Positions 1-11,276 of a DNA stretch of 64,000 bases are shown here, one piece after another. The position numbers were made by a program, and so were the translations under genes. The notes below the pieces were generated by a model. The model saw only the letters and a program-made list of their open reading frames with translations. It was not told the DNA's origin and made no database searches. Numbering within the stretch: the first letter of the stretch is position 1; every line of letters begins with the position of its first letter. The DNA comes from Cirrosporium novae-zelandiae (taxonomy: Eukaryota), in the NCBI GenBank assembly GCA_026023565.1, contig JAPETS010000028.1:124001-188000 (forward strand), in the 5' to 3' direction.

Positions 1-283
<283 letters not shown>

Positions 284-391
284 TTATGAGACAGAGTCTT
301 CATTTTTGCCCGCTTTGATTGTTTTGTGAAAAGATGTTCACTCTTTGCTATAGTGTAACCTACCTTAGTTAGGCAAGTAGGTAGATAGGTA

Positions 392-413
392 ATTACCAAG
401 GTACCTTGGTAAT
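392..413. repeat. Perfect 22-bp palindrome ATTACCAAGGTACCTTGGTAAT
   Basis: The sequence equals its own reverse complement. It lies in the divergent sulfatase/ATG22 intergenic region. Confidence 0.9.
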
Positions 414-834
414 CAAGGCAGTAAATATCATGGCCTTAGGCAGAAGTGTGTAACATCAGATAAGACTGAAAACTTTTACTTTACTGTAATTAAGTACAAA
501 ACTACTTTAACGTGCCGTGCCGTGCCGTCCGTGCGTGTATTGCGTGTATAACCTTTTCTACGTTTGCCGAGTCCCGCCAATTACATCAGCCAAGCTTAGC
601 AAATCCCTCTCTTCCACTTTTGCTGACAAAGTAATGATTACTTTCGTACCAGTCATTATTGTACAGTACATCATCTCCATCTCCATAATTCCGATATCCA
701 CATTTATCTAATATTGCTCAGTATATATGTCCTTCTCACTCTATCTTTACTTTTGTTCTCTTTTACTTGTCCATATTTAAACCGCATGGGACAGCAATAA
801 TCCCGCCTATTCAATTAGCCTCAACCCCACCAAG

Positions 835-2738
835 ATGGCAATCGAGGAAGCCCCACTCCGACGACATCCGCGATATACCGGGGAGGACACAAGACTGACA
901 AGCAAAAAAGAGTTGATGGGATGGTATGCGTACAGTCTCGCCGCTGAGATCTTTGCCGTCTGTGGTGTTGGTGAGCCTTGCGCGAATACCCTTTCCCGGT
1001 TGATTACACATCATCTAAGTGCTAAGATCAGGTTCCTTTCTTCCCATCACATTGGAACAGTTGGCTCGCGAGAGGGGAGTTCTATGGTCCGATAAAATTA
1101 CACCTTGTGTACCAGGCGTGAAAGCTGCCCTAGTAAATGGCAATGGCAGTAGCCCCAGCCTTCCGAGGGACGATATATCAAGAGACGGCAACCAATGTGT
1201 AGTATTTTTATTTGGACATGATATCAATAGTGCTAGCTTTGCTATGTATACATTCTCGTTGAGTGTCCTAGTACAGGCGCTTGCTCTTGTATCAATCTGT
1301 TACATTGCAGATCATGGTAAGCTCAATATTGAACTTCAGAAGCACGACACTAATTAGATCATCAGGCAATAACCGCAAGAAACTGCTTCTCGCATTCGGC
1401 TTTACGGGTGCAACAGCGACTATGCTCTTCTTACTTGTCGCTCCAAGTATCTATATTGTCGGATCTTTCCTCGTTATTACAAGCGTCACATGTCTTGGAT
1501 CATCTTTTGTGATCCTGAATTCTTTTCTTCCTTTGCTCGTCTCTAACCACCCCTCTACCCAACTTTCAAAGAACTTCGGCCCACAGGACATATCCGGCAG
1601 CAGCAGTTCTATAGAGGATAGAGCTACAGCCGTGCCAGGGTCTCGAAAAGGCAAACCTCCATCCACTGCGCTGCAGCTTTCCACGCATATTTCTTCAAAG
1701 GGCATGGGTATCGGCTATAGCGCCGCGCTTTCGGTTCAGTGCATCAGCATTTTCGTACTCTATCTCTTCTCCAAATCGTCTACCGCCAAAGCTTTCCCAA
1801 GTCTTCCACTTCGTGTAGTCTTATTTCTAGTGGGGTCGCTATGGTTTACTTTCACCATCCCCGCTAGTCTATGGCTCCGCGACCGACCTGGACCACTGCT
1901 AAGGACCCTCTCATCTACGAAGAGGAAAGGCTCTTGGCGTTCTTGTCTCGCCCATGTTGGCGCTGCCTGGGTCTCGTTATGGAGAACTGTGAAAATAGTT
2001 GCAAAGTTGAAACAAGTTGTCATCTTCCTCGGCGCTTGGTTTATCCTCTCGGATGCTATTGCTACGATATCTGGCACTGCTATCCTTTTCGCAAAAACCG
2101 AACTGCAAATGTCCACTCCAGGCGTAGCTCTAGTATCTATTATTGCCACATCGTCGGGGATTGTAGGTGCCTTTTCCTGGCCTGTGGTGTCTCAGCGACT
2201 AGGGCTATCCACAAACAAGACGATACTCGCCTGTATAGCTCTCTTTGAGGTGATCCCGCTGTACGGCCTAGTGGGATATATCCCCTTCGTGAAGAACTGG
2301 GGTGTTGGAGGCCTTCAGCAGCCGTGGGAGATATATCCCATGGCATTCATCCACGGATTCGTCATGGGCGGGCTATCTTCCTACTGTCGGTCCTTCTATG
2401 GCCGACTCATCCCACCAGGCAGCGAAGCTGCCTTCTATGCTCTATACGCCGTCACGGATAAGGGTAGTTCGGCCTTCGGGCCTGCCATTGTCGGAGCCAT
2501 AGTCGATGCCACAGGCAATATCCGACCAGCCTTTTGGTTCATTGCCGTTCTAATAGTGCTTCCCGCTCCCCTTATCTGGATGGTGGATGCGGAACGAGGA
2601 CAGATAGATGCAGTTAGGATGGCAGAGGCCATTGGAGATTTAAAAGCTCATGATAATGATTTAACGACACCGAGTACACGTATGATGACCGACGACCGAT
2701 TAGATGAAACCGAGGGGCTATTGATGGAGGATGAATGA
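835..2738 (+). CDS. ATG22: Autophagy-related protein 22, vacuolar amino-acid efflux MFS transporter (3 exons)
   Basis: Exons ~835-970, 1032-1316 and 1366-2738 are joined by GT..AG introns. Motifs [25 protein letters not shown] and [30 protein letters not shown] are typical of Atg22; multiple TM helices. Confidence 0.93.
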
Positions 2739-3555
2739 ATAGATGAATATAAATATCAATCACCACCAAAACCAAGTTATATGTAGCCAGTTCACCCCTG
2801 CTATAAATGAAACACCCAAAGCTCTTTATCAATATCAGTTGAATATATATATACAAACAACCTAAACTATTGATTTTCTGGGGACGCAGGGGTCAGCAAT
2901 CGTAACTTACGCCTTCTTAATATTCACTCCAAATGCTCACTTACGATGGCTTAAGCAGTGAGATAGATAACCCTAGGGAATGACTTCTAACCTACGACCA
3001 TATGTGACGACAGGATAGATTAATTCCGAAACGCCACCGATCGAAATGTAATTTCTCTAGAGAAAGACTTTTACACGGGACCATCCCACTGTCATCGAGT
3101 AGTAGCCAGATAAAGAAAATGAAAAATGAGCCCGGGTGTGAAGCCCGTGACGGTAAACGGCGAAAAGGTCTTTAGCCGTCAAAACACAGAAAACAATCTA
3201 GGGAATATGGTGGGAAGAGATGGTAGTGATGGCATGGCGATTAGATAGTAGACACATATGCTCTGTCAGAGATAGAAAAGGGGTTTAGATGGGGTAGGAC
3301 ATCTATTTCATAGTTGTCTACAGAGGAGAGGAAAGTATTAGCGTAGATAGTAGCTAGAGTTCGCCTCCATAGATGAACTGATTAGATAAATCTACTAGCA
3401 ATATATGAAGGGTTATTAGATATCGAATTTAATGCCATCTACATGTCATTTAACGGGTTGAAATATTTCTAAATTGCTTTAGTCCATAGTACATATCTTC
3501 TTCTTCCCTCTTATCAAAATCAAAGCGGCCGGAGAACTCCAACCGTCATCAAAGT

Positions 3556-5256
3556 TTACATATCACCCTCTTCCTCCTCCAATGAGTAAATCTCACATTC
3601 TGCAATCATCGTCCTCGCCGGAATTGTTACACAGATTGGGAACCCTCCATAGTCAGGCTTCTCGTTTGGCATCATCAAGAACTTGCCACTCCTAGTCTCA
3701 TCTCCATTTAGGACCCTCAGGGTCCTCAGTTCTCCTGTCTCCTTATTCACAACCTCTTTCTCCTCAAAGCTCAGGATGCCCGTGAAAGTACTCTTGGGTT
3801 TTAGACTCTGGAAGATAGCTTGGAAGCCCCACCCAATGAGAAGGAATTTGGCTGCCGATTGTTGGATAATCATGCCGGCGCCAGGACCGGGTTTTCCAAA
3901 AACAAAGCAACGCTCCAGACGAACTTCAAAGTCACCAAATTTGGTGACGATGGGAGGGGTGGGATCTTTTCCTTCATCTGCGATCTCGTCGAAGAAGAAT
4001 CCCATTGATGAGCCTGGATTTCGTTGCGCTTCGAGTACGATATTGGATATAGAGTCTAGAAGTCCGTAATGCTTTGTGAATGGATTTGTTTCTGGCTCGA
4101 GGGTATCAATGCCGAAGGGCGAGACGCCTAGAGCTTGATAGGTGCCGTAAGCGGCCCATATTCTTCGGGCGCCGTATTCGTCGCGGCGTTGTTCAGGGAT
4201 GAAGAGGGGTTGATCGAGATGGCGATACTTGGCACATGAGCTTGTATACTCATTCAAATAGACATCGGGTGCAATAAAGTCTAAGCTTGTTGCAAAGGCT
4301 TTCCACACGTCTAATGTATTGCTGACACCCCCGCCAGAGGGATAGTCTCCCGGTTCGCCGCCGCCGCCAGCAACGATAGGAAAGTCATTATCGCCATCTT
4401 CGCCTACGTAGTTTTGCCACACATTTGTGTACATCGGAATTGGGTATTCCTTCTTTCCAGCGGAAGTAACATACTCCAGATACTTGGCGTAATGATAGGC
4501 CATAAAGAGTTCGTCAGTTTGAGAGCTTTTTCCAAACACAGTTTCCCAAGAGCCTTGGGGCTTTTCCAGGGATTTAAATGGCTTCAGGTTAGCTTTAATG
4601 TCAACGTTTAGAGAATTCCAGTTCTCTGACAGAAATGAAATAAGTTCACTAGGAACTTCCTCGTTAAAACGCTTATTCGCTGCAACACTCCCATCGCGGG
4701 AATCACCAAGAAGACCTGTTTCGTTTTCCACTTGTACCATTACCACCGTAGAGTCTTGTTCGTCAACTTCTTTTAAATGTTTCATCAACGTGCGAAAGGC
4801 TTTTGCATCCGCTTTCGGTGCCTCGGTGTGAAATATCGAGACAACGTCGGCGGTCTCAAGGGTCCCACGAGCCTTTCGTAGATGGGCACGCGGAAAACGT
4901 TTGGGGTTTGTCTTTACCCATCCAGGGGCATAGGTCGAGATGCCGTTCTTGAATGAGCCGAACCACAGCAGCACAAGATGCAGCCCGTGGGATCTGGCAT
5001 CTTCAATTACTTGGTCAAGTTCCACGAAATCAAATTTGCCCTCTTCGGGTTCGATCATTTCCCATGTAACGCAACCTAGGATAGTATTGATGTTCGTATC
5101 GGACAGCTTTTTCCATACTGTTCTCATATAGGCAGCTGATGTGAGGGAGGAGTTCTGCAGTTCTGCAGCAAGCATCAAGAAGGGTTTGCCATGGACAACG
5201 AGTTGCTTGGAATTGATAGTTTTCTGGAGGAAAGGAATTTGATGAACGGAACCCAT
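3556..5256 (-). CDS. Intracellular GH35 beta-galactosidase-like glycoside hydrolase (GH35 + DUF5597-type C-terminus), intronless
   Basis: Single ORF; first ATG at 5256 (MGSVHQIPFL). Motifs QLVVHGKPFLMLAAELQNSS, WEMIEPEEGKFDF, LLWFGSFKNG, MVQVENE (acid/base), DFIAPDVY, PLFIPE (nucleophile) and LNGDET. No signal peptide. Confidence 0.9.
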   Translation of the reverse strand: MGSVHQIPFLQKTINSKQLVVHGKPFLMLAAELQNSSLTSAAYMRTVWKKLSDTNINTILGCVTWEMIEPEEGKFDFVELDQVIEDARSHGLHLVLLWFGSFKNGISTYAPGWVKTNPKRFPRAHLRKARGTLETADVVSIFHTEAPKADAKAFRTLMKHLKEVDEQDSTVVMVQVENETGLLGDSRDGSVAANKRFNEEVPSELISFLSENWNSLNVDIKANLKPFKSLEKPQGSWETVFGKSSQTDELFMAYHYAKYLEYVTSAGKKEYPIPMYTNVWQNYVGEDGDNDFPIVAGGGGEPGDYPSGGGVSNTLDVWKAFATSLDFIAPDVYLNEYTSSCAKYRHLDQPLFIPEQRRDEYGARRIWAAYGTYQALGVSPFGIDTLEPETNPFTKHYGLLDSISNIVLEAQRNPGSSMGFFFDEIADEGKDPTPPIVTKFGDFEVRLERCFVFGKPGPGAGMIIQQSAAKFLLIGWGFQAIFQSLKPKSTFTGILSFEEKEVVNKETGELRTLRVLNGDETRSGKFLMMPNEKPDYGGFPICVTIPARTMIAECEIYSLEEEEGDM

Positions 5257-5617
5257 GTTGGAAGAGTGCCAAGAACAGGGCAATGGTGCAAGGCGATAGA
5301 AAAGCTATGAGATTTTCTCTCCAAACGGTGGAGGAGCTCTGAGTTGAAATAGCTGTTCACTTGGAGGGATTGCTATCGTAAACCCATTTTCAGATCGGTG
5401 GATCCTACCGATGGTAAGTGGAAGGAAAAAATAATATGCGGTAAGTAGTATAGCCTCACGATCTGACGGAATACGAACTTAGGTGGAGAGCTTTTCGAGT
5501 CCATAATAGTGGTTTGGGATGGTTAAGATGTTCTCACTGTAACTAGAAATGACAAAGTGGAGAATAATTGAGTGATATGGGATGGATATTGGATGATGTG
5601 GAATGTTGTTGGTGTTC

Positions 5618-6123
5618 CCCCACATGCCCCGCAAGGTTCCGGGAATATTAGATGATGATTGACCCAAAGTCCGGGGCTAAAATAACGCCGGGAATGAAGA
5701 TTTCCCATTGGATGCGACAATGAACTGAGATGAATCTATTTAGAAGGGTAATCCTAGAACGAGCTAACATCTCACATCTTGAGGGGAAATCTGGGGATCC
5801 CACAAATTATGCGGAGGTCCCTTGGGTCCTCAAGCTAGCGTCAACAGATGTATCCCGATATTCATCACTAGAAGTTGGCTAACATGTGGTACCGGGAATG
5901 CCCAACTTCTATTGGATACAAGACCAGTCCTCTAAGGGTGCCGCATCACCTAACCATATGCGCAATCTCCTGATTCTAACTGACCCCGAGGCGACCTCTT
6001 AGTAAAACTTATTCCTGGGGTCGAGCGACTAGAACATGCTAGCCAGTGTACGTACGATCTTATCGTTTTCCAGTAAACAGGTTAAATTTTGGAGGTAGTC
6101 AAGAAATATATATAATCCCCCAC
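5618..6123. promoter_or_regulatory. Bidirectional promoter of the GH35/sugar porter pair with repeated CCGGGAAT, CreA-type SYGGRG sites and a GGCTAAA element
   Basis: CCGGGAAT at 5639, 5688 and 5892. SYGGRG matches at 5671, 5791, 5811 and 6015 (+) and 5618, 5627 and 6118 (-). GGCTAAA at 5675-5681. TATA-like run near 6106-6115. Confidence 0.6.
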
Positions 6124-6207
6124 GCGTACTCATAACCATGTCGACAAAGCCTTAGCCTTTCATCGTTTTCTATCTATTACCGGCGAGTGAAGGTTCATCT
6201 ATTCACA

Positions 6208-8224
6208 ATGAAGGGACCCAGCGAGGAGATCGTTTCCCAGGTCAACGACCAAAATGCAACATCTGTCCATCAGGGCAAAGCTGTGTCACGGCTCGATGGC
6301 CTCGAGATTCCAGAGGTAACTTGGTACAAACACCCAGGCCTCCGGAAGTTGTATCTCATGATGCCTATCCTATTCCTCGGATCCACTACCAATGGCTACG
6401 ATGGTAGTCTTCTGAATGGACTTCAAACCATGGATCCATGGGAAGAGTGTCTGTGAAGTCCATCGTCCTCTAGATATTCAGGTCTGACTGTTTCTGACAG
6501 ATTTTGACTATCCTTCCGGTTCACGACTTGGACTATTCACTGCAATTCAAAACATCGGTGGAGTATGTGCTTTATTCTTCTGTGAGTGAGTCCCATCTTT
6601 TCGAGAGGAGCAGCGCTGAGACTTGAACGCAGCATCTTATGCAGCCGACTTGCTTGGTAGAAGAGGGGGCATCACCCTTGGGGTGATTATCCTCTTGGTA
6701 GGCACAGTAATTCAAGTGGTGCCTTCTGTGAACTCAAGTATGTTCGTTGGAGGTCGATTCTTAGTTGGTCTAGGGTAAATTTATCATTCCAAAGATCCTA
6801 ACAACTTGCACTAACCTCATTTCAAAAAGTTCGAATCTCTCGCAAGGCTCAGCACCGTTACTCATCATGGAACTTGCGTACCCCCAACACCGCGGAAAGT
6901 TGACAACGATGTATAACACATTGTGGTATGTTGGTGCAATCATCGCCGCATGGACTACTTTCGGTACAGTCAAATATTCCACCGATGCTTCGTGGAGAGT
7001 TCCAGTTGGCGTGCAAGCTGCCATGCCCGTCGTTCAAGTTGCTCTTGTTTGGTTCCTTCCAGAGAGCCCTCGATGGCTTTGCTCCAAAGATAAACCCGAG
7101 AAAGCATTTCAAGTTCTTGTAAAGGTAAGTGATCGCATCAGCAAAGTGGCAACTTACCTGTCATACTGACTGCCATTAGTATCACGCAAATGGGGACGAG
7201 AACTCAAAGTTTGTCCAGCAGGAATTCCAAGAAATTCAACATACAATTAAAATGGAGAAGATGAATTCAAATCAAGGTTGGCTAGTATTCTTGAAAACTC
7301 GTAAGTAGCCCTCATCATTTCTTACAAATACCAATTTTAACGTCCACTCTAGCCGGCAACCGCAAGAGACTCATGTTGATTGCTCTCACGTCATTTTTCT
7401 CCCAATGCTCTGGTGAGTATTTCAGAAGCCTATACCAAAAAAACTAGAAACTCATTTAGTTGGTAGGAAATGGACTCGTGTCGTACTATATTCACGACAT
7501 CTTAGAGTCCGTTGGGGTGGAATCGTCGTACAATCAAACACTCATCAACGGTTGCCTCCAGATATGGTCGTTTCTTGTCGCTATTCTTTTCTCTGCATTC
7601 CTTGTTGACAAACTTGGAAGAAAAAAGCTTTTTATGATTGCTGGAGTGGGTATGCTTATTACATTTAGCATCTGGACTGGGTATAAAGGCCAACTCCGTT
7701 GAAATCAAGTACATCACTGACGTAGCCTAGATGTTCTGCTGTTTATGCACAGAATGGCAACAAAAGTGCCGGCAGTGCGGTTATTGCCATGATATTCTTG
7801 TTTTATGGAGTCGCAGGCTTTGCTTGGCCCGGTCTCACGGTTTCATATTGCGCTGAGATTCTTCCTTTCAACATCCGTGCTAAGGGGCTAGCAATAAATT
7901 TTGCGTTGACCGCCCTAGCATCAGTATTCAATCAATATGGTAATAATACATTCTAAACGAAACTTCTTCCGGGAGCTAATTCGTGAGACAGTTAATCCAA
8001 TCGGCTTGGACCACCTGGCTTGGAAGTTTTACTTCGTCTATATCGCAATCCTCGTCCTCGAATGTCTGTGCATATGGTTCCTGTATATCGAAACCAGGGG
8101 TCCAACTCTAGAGGAAATTGCTTTGCTTTTCGACAAAGATAAGGCAAACGTCGCAGGAAAGGACATTGTGGAGAAAAAGGTTGGATTATCAGTGGCCCAT
8201 GTTGAGAGTGTCGAAAATGTATGA
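6208..8224 (+). CDS. MFS sugar porter, lactose permease/cellodextrin transporter-like (about 9 exons)
   Basis: Spliced fragments: TTNGYDGSLLNGLQ, ADLLGRR, GRFLVGLG, ELAYPQHRGKLTTMYN, WRVP..Q, PESPRWL, GNGLVSYY, VDKLGRK, EILPFNIRAKG, ETRGPTLEEI. Eight GT..AG introns. Confidence 0.92.
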
Positions 8225-8428
8225 GGATGCAAGCAGTTGCGGAAGCCACTCCTTGAAGCTATCAAATAGGACCCAGTTGTAGTATACTGTCCACTAGACA
8301 GGAATTTTAAGCTTCCTTGGATTCTTGAAGTTAGAAATTAGTCCATGTTCTAATGTCCATTTTTAAAGAATACGCCCCATCATGTTGTGATGTTAGCCTT
8401 GGTTCTAAACACTCAAGGGAGTCTTAAT

Positions 8429-10221
8429 TCAATAGAACTTCCTAACAAGTTTATCCAGCTCTCTCCCTCTATGTGATAGCCGCTGGGCTTCAACAGAAGG
8501 TTCCTCTGAATCAGGCGTCTGTATAGCAAGAGAGCTATCGGCCCGTAGTCTTTCATCAAGAGTGAGAACATGTTGAAGTAGAAACCGGATCATCCATTTA
8601 TCAATCTTATGAGTATGAGGACTGGTGGATTGCAAGCATGCACTCTGAAAGTTCAAGAGCCGAGACAACTATAATTATTAGCAGAGGATCGAAAAGGTGA
8701 AAATTTTCAGAAGCTGACCATCAATTCAACGCTAGGCCAGTAGCTCTTAAGTCTCATGAGAACCCGAAAATTGGACTCCAGTCTCTTTTTCGCCACTGGA
8801 AGCTCGTCTTCATTTCCGAATAGCAGTGTATGGAGTAGTACCGAGGACGAGACTACCGTCATATGGCCCACAATGTTATATACAGCCTGAGCATGGGGAT
8901 GCTCGTTTGAGGCCCAGAGCAAGTCACTGAATGCACCTGCGTGAAATTTGCATCGCTCGGCGCAGGCCGCAACGCCTGGAGTGGAAGGTCGTTCTTGGTC
9001 AAGAAATTGGAAGAACAATAGCGTTGCGAAATGATGATAACTAAGATGCAGCGCAACAAAGGTTCGTCCAAGTCTCTGCTGAATGTTGTAAGTAAAATTT
9101 TCTGGAGTATTTTGAAGTGTGTCGGGGAGGCTATTCTTGAAGGCTTCCAGCTGGGATGATAGATTTCGAACTGGAGCTTCGACATACTCTCCGCTCCATG
9201 ATTCTTCTTCTACAAGATGATAATTTAGGTCTTGAATGTCGGCAAATATTCGTACCAATGTGATCATATGAGCCCATATGCCAGGCTCACGTGGTCGCGG
9301 ATCTGCATCACCGTGTAACTGTAGAAACATTGGCTCAGACATGGGAACAGCTGGTGTAGCACCTCCATGATGAAACTGGCGAAGTAAGCCTGTCCCAGCA
9401 CTGGCCCAACATTCTTGGAGATACAAACTCCACCAGACACGACGCTTAGTTTCGCGGGTTATAGCATCATCTGAAGAGACCTCAGCTTCAAGATGAAACA
9501 GTTGGGCCATTCTGTTGGCAATTGCTATAGGCGTAAGTATATTTGACCCAGATAATTCAAGTCTGTGGACAAACCAAAATATATTGACTCGGCATCCGAG
9601 TTACAGTCTGCAAAACAAATATTACCACAAAGAACACAGGCCTGGATGTTCTCTAAGCAGATATTTTCCATATCTGCTTTAACAAGGCGTTTGGCCTCCA
9701 TGGCATATTTTGGGCCTTGCGATCTTGCTGCTTCGTACTGCGAGAATCTAGATATATCAGGGCCATTCGTCAGATATTTACGATGTAGTGTGGTGAGGTT
9801 TGAGTTAAGATTATGATGGGAAGTAGCAAGTTGGAAAGATATATCCTTAGAATCAGGGAGTTTACCTGGCTGAAAGCCCGAGAATACCATAGAGCACCGC
9901 CTTAGAAACAGTGCCATTGCTAATAGCATAGCGAAGCGTTGGTTCATGAAACAAACTATGGGGTTTGTCGTGTATATACCAAATATAGAGGTCAATCAGC
10001 TCCTTTAAAGCAGCACTGTCTGGCATAACCTCATCGACGTTGTCTGTACTGGGGAGTATAAAGACAGGGTTAGATGAATGTGAACTTCCGCTCGTATGGT
10101 GAACGGCTCCAGAGCATTGGAGATGACGGCGAAGACATTGAGCACATGGAGCTCCAGTTCCTTTTCTATCGCATTTTCGCTTTCCTTCTCGACATTGTAC
10201 ACATGCCTTGCCTACCTTCAT
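8429..10221 (-). CDS. Zn(II)2Cys6 transcription factor with fungal TF middle-homology domain (about 4 exons)
   Basis: N-terminus MKVGKACVQCREGKRKCDRKGTGAPCAQCLRRHLQC is a binuclear cluster motif. Downstream exons carry HDKPHSLFH, ENIQACVL and RETKRRVWWSLY. Introns near 9748-9869, 9526-9570 and 8669-8718. Confidence 0.92.
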
Positions 10222-10634
10222 AGTCACGAATACCATACATAATCCGGCGTGATCCAAGGAAGCTATAGAGTCCAAAATAGTTATTGTTCCGGCGTTCTTG
10301 GGGAAGTCCTCGAGCCTCGGCCCTTTCACAAGAATCCTTCAAATGGGTTAAAACGCATTTAGCGGCAAAGTCCCTCTTAGACTACCGTATTAATTTACCT
10401 ACGATACTACGTCAACCAAATCTAGCTTCATCAATAATAATGATCAGATACACAAAAAAGAAACTTCGAGAGATGTAGATTCAAACCACCGAGTCTTTCA
10501 ATTAAATCACTGATTATGATATCTAGGTACAATCTGACCTGCTAACCACCCTGAGATGGGTTCCAGAGCTCTTTCCATGTCTCGCTACCATTACTCCACC
10601 ATGCAAAATCAACACTTCTCTCAAATAATCACAT

Positions 10635-11276
10635 TTAACCACTATATTCATGGCAGAAGTATGTGTACAAAGCATCTTGATCATCCGTCGAGGTCAAAGT
10701 CGTCATGTTCGTACCGGAAATATATTCCCCCTTGGGGCTAGAGAAGAACCTCACTGCAGTGATAGGATCAATTTGTTTCTCGACCTTAGTGATGTAAGCC
10801 TTGTTGGGCTTGGCAGCAGTGGGGTTCTCATAGAACGTAAACTCGACAGATTGGACATCAGAACCATCATTCGCGTTACCAGTCTCTGCGGTGTCACGGA
10901 GCCAAAGACGGCCAGAATAAGTGAGTGGGAGCTGAAACGAGACGTTAATGATGTTCTTGGAAGATTTGCATATAAAAAACATACCGTGAACTCGAAGCGG
11001 TTAGTGCTGGAACGTTGTGGGGTGACGTAGTTGGAGCCATTTGAAGAGCTATAGTATTATATTGTCAGAACATGGAGCATTCTTAGATGATTGAGATTGA
11101 GGTACTCACCCGAGGCCATAGATTTGGGGTAAGATACTTCCACTGTTGTTGCAGCTGGTGGTATCGATGTATACCTGCTGGGCACCAGCCATATGCGAGA
11201 CGGTGGTGAAGGGCGCAGCTTGAGTAGCAACGACCAGCGCGCTCACGGTGGCAATAGATGCAGCGAAGAAATGCAT
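10635..11276 (-). CDS. Small secreted protein (175 aa, 3 exons), possibly a degenerate thaumatin-like/Bys1-like fold
   Basis: Exons 11276-11110, 11048-10985 and 10931-10635 splice in frame via GTGAG..TAG and GTATG..CAG introns. Signal peptide MHFFAASIATVSALVVATQA; only 2 Cys; YSGRLWLR..VEFTF and C-terminal YTYFCH. Confidence 0.85.

Noticed and set aside
3130..3180. Small imperfect hairpin (GACGG-TAAA...TTTA-GCCGTC) as a tRNA or ribozyme
   Set aside because: No cloverleaf, A/B boxes or hammerhead core; the stem is too short.
5257..5283. N-terminal extension of the GH35 ORF in the track
   Set aside because: It starts at a non-ATG codon; the first ATG is at 5256.
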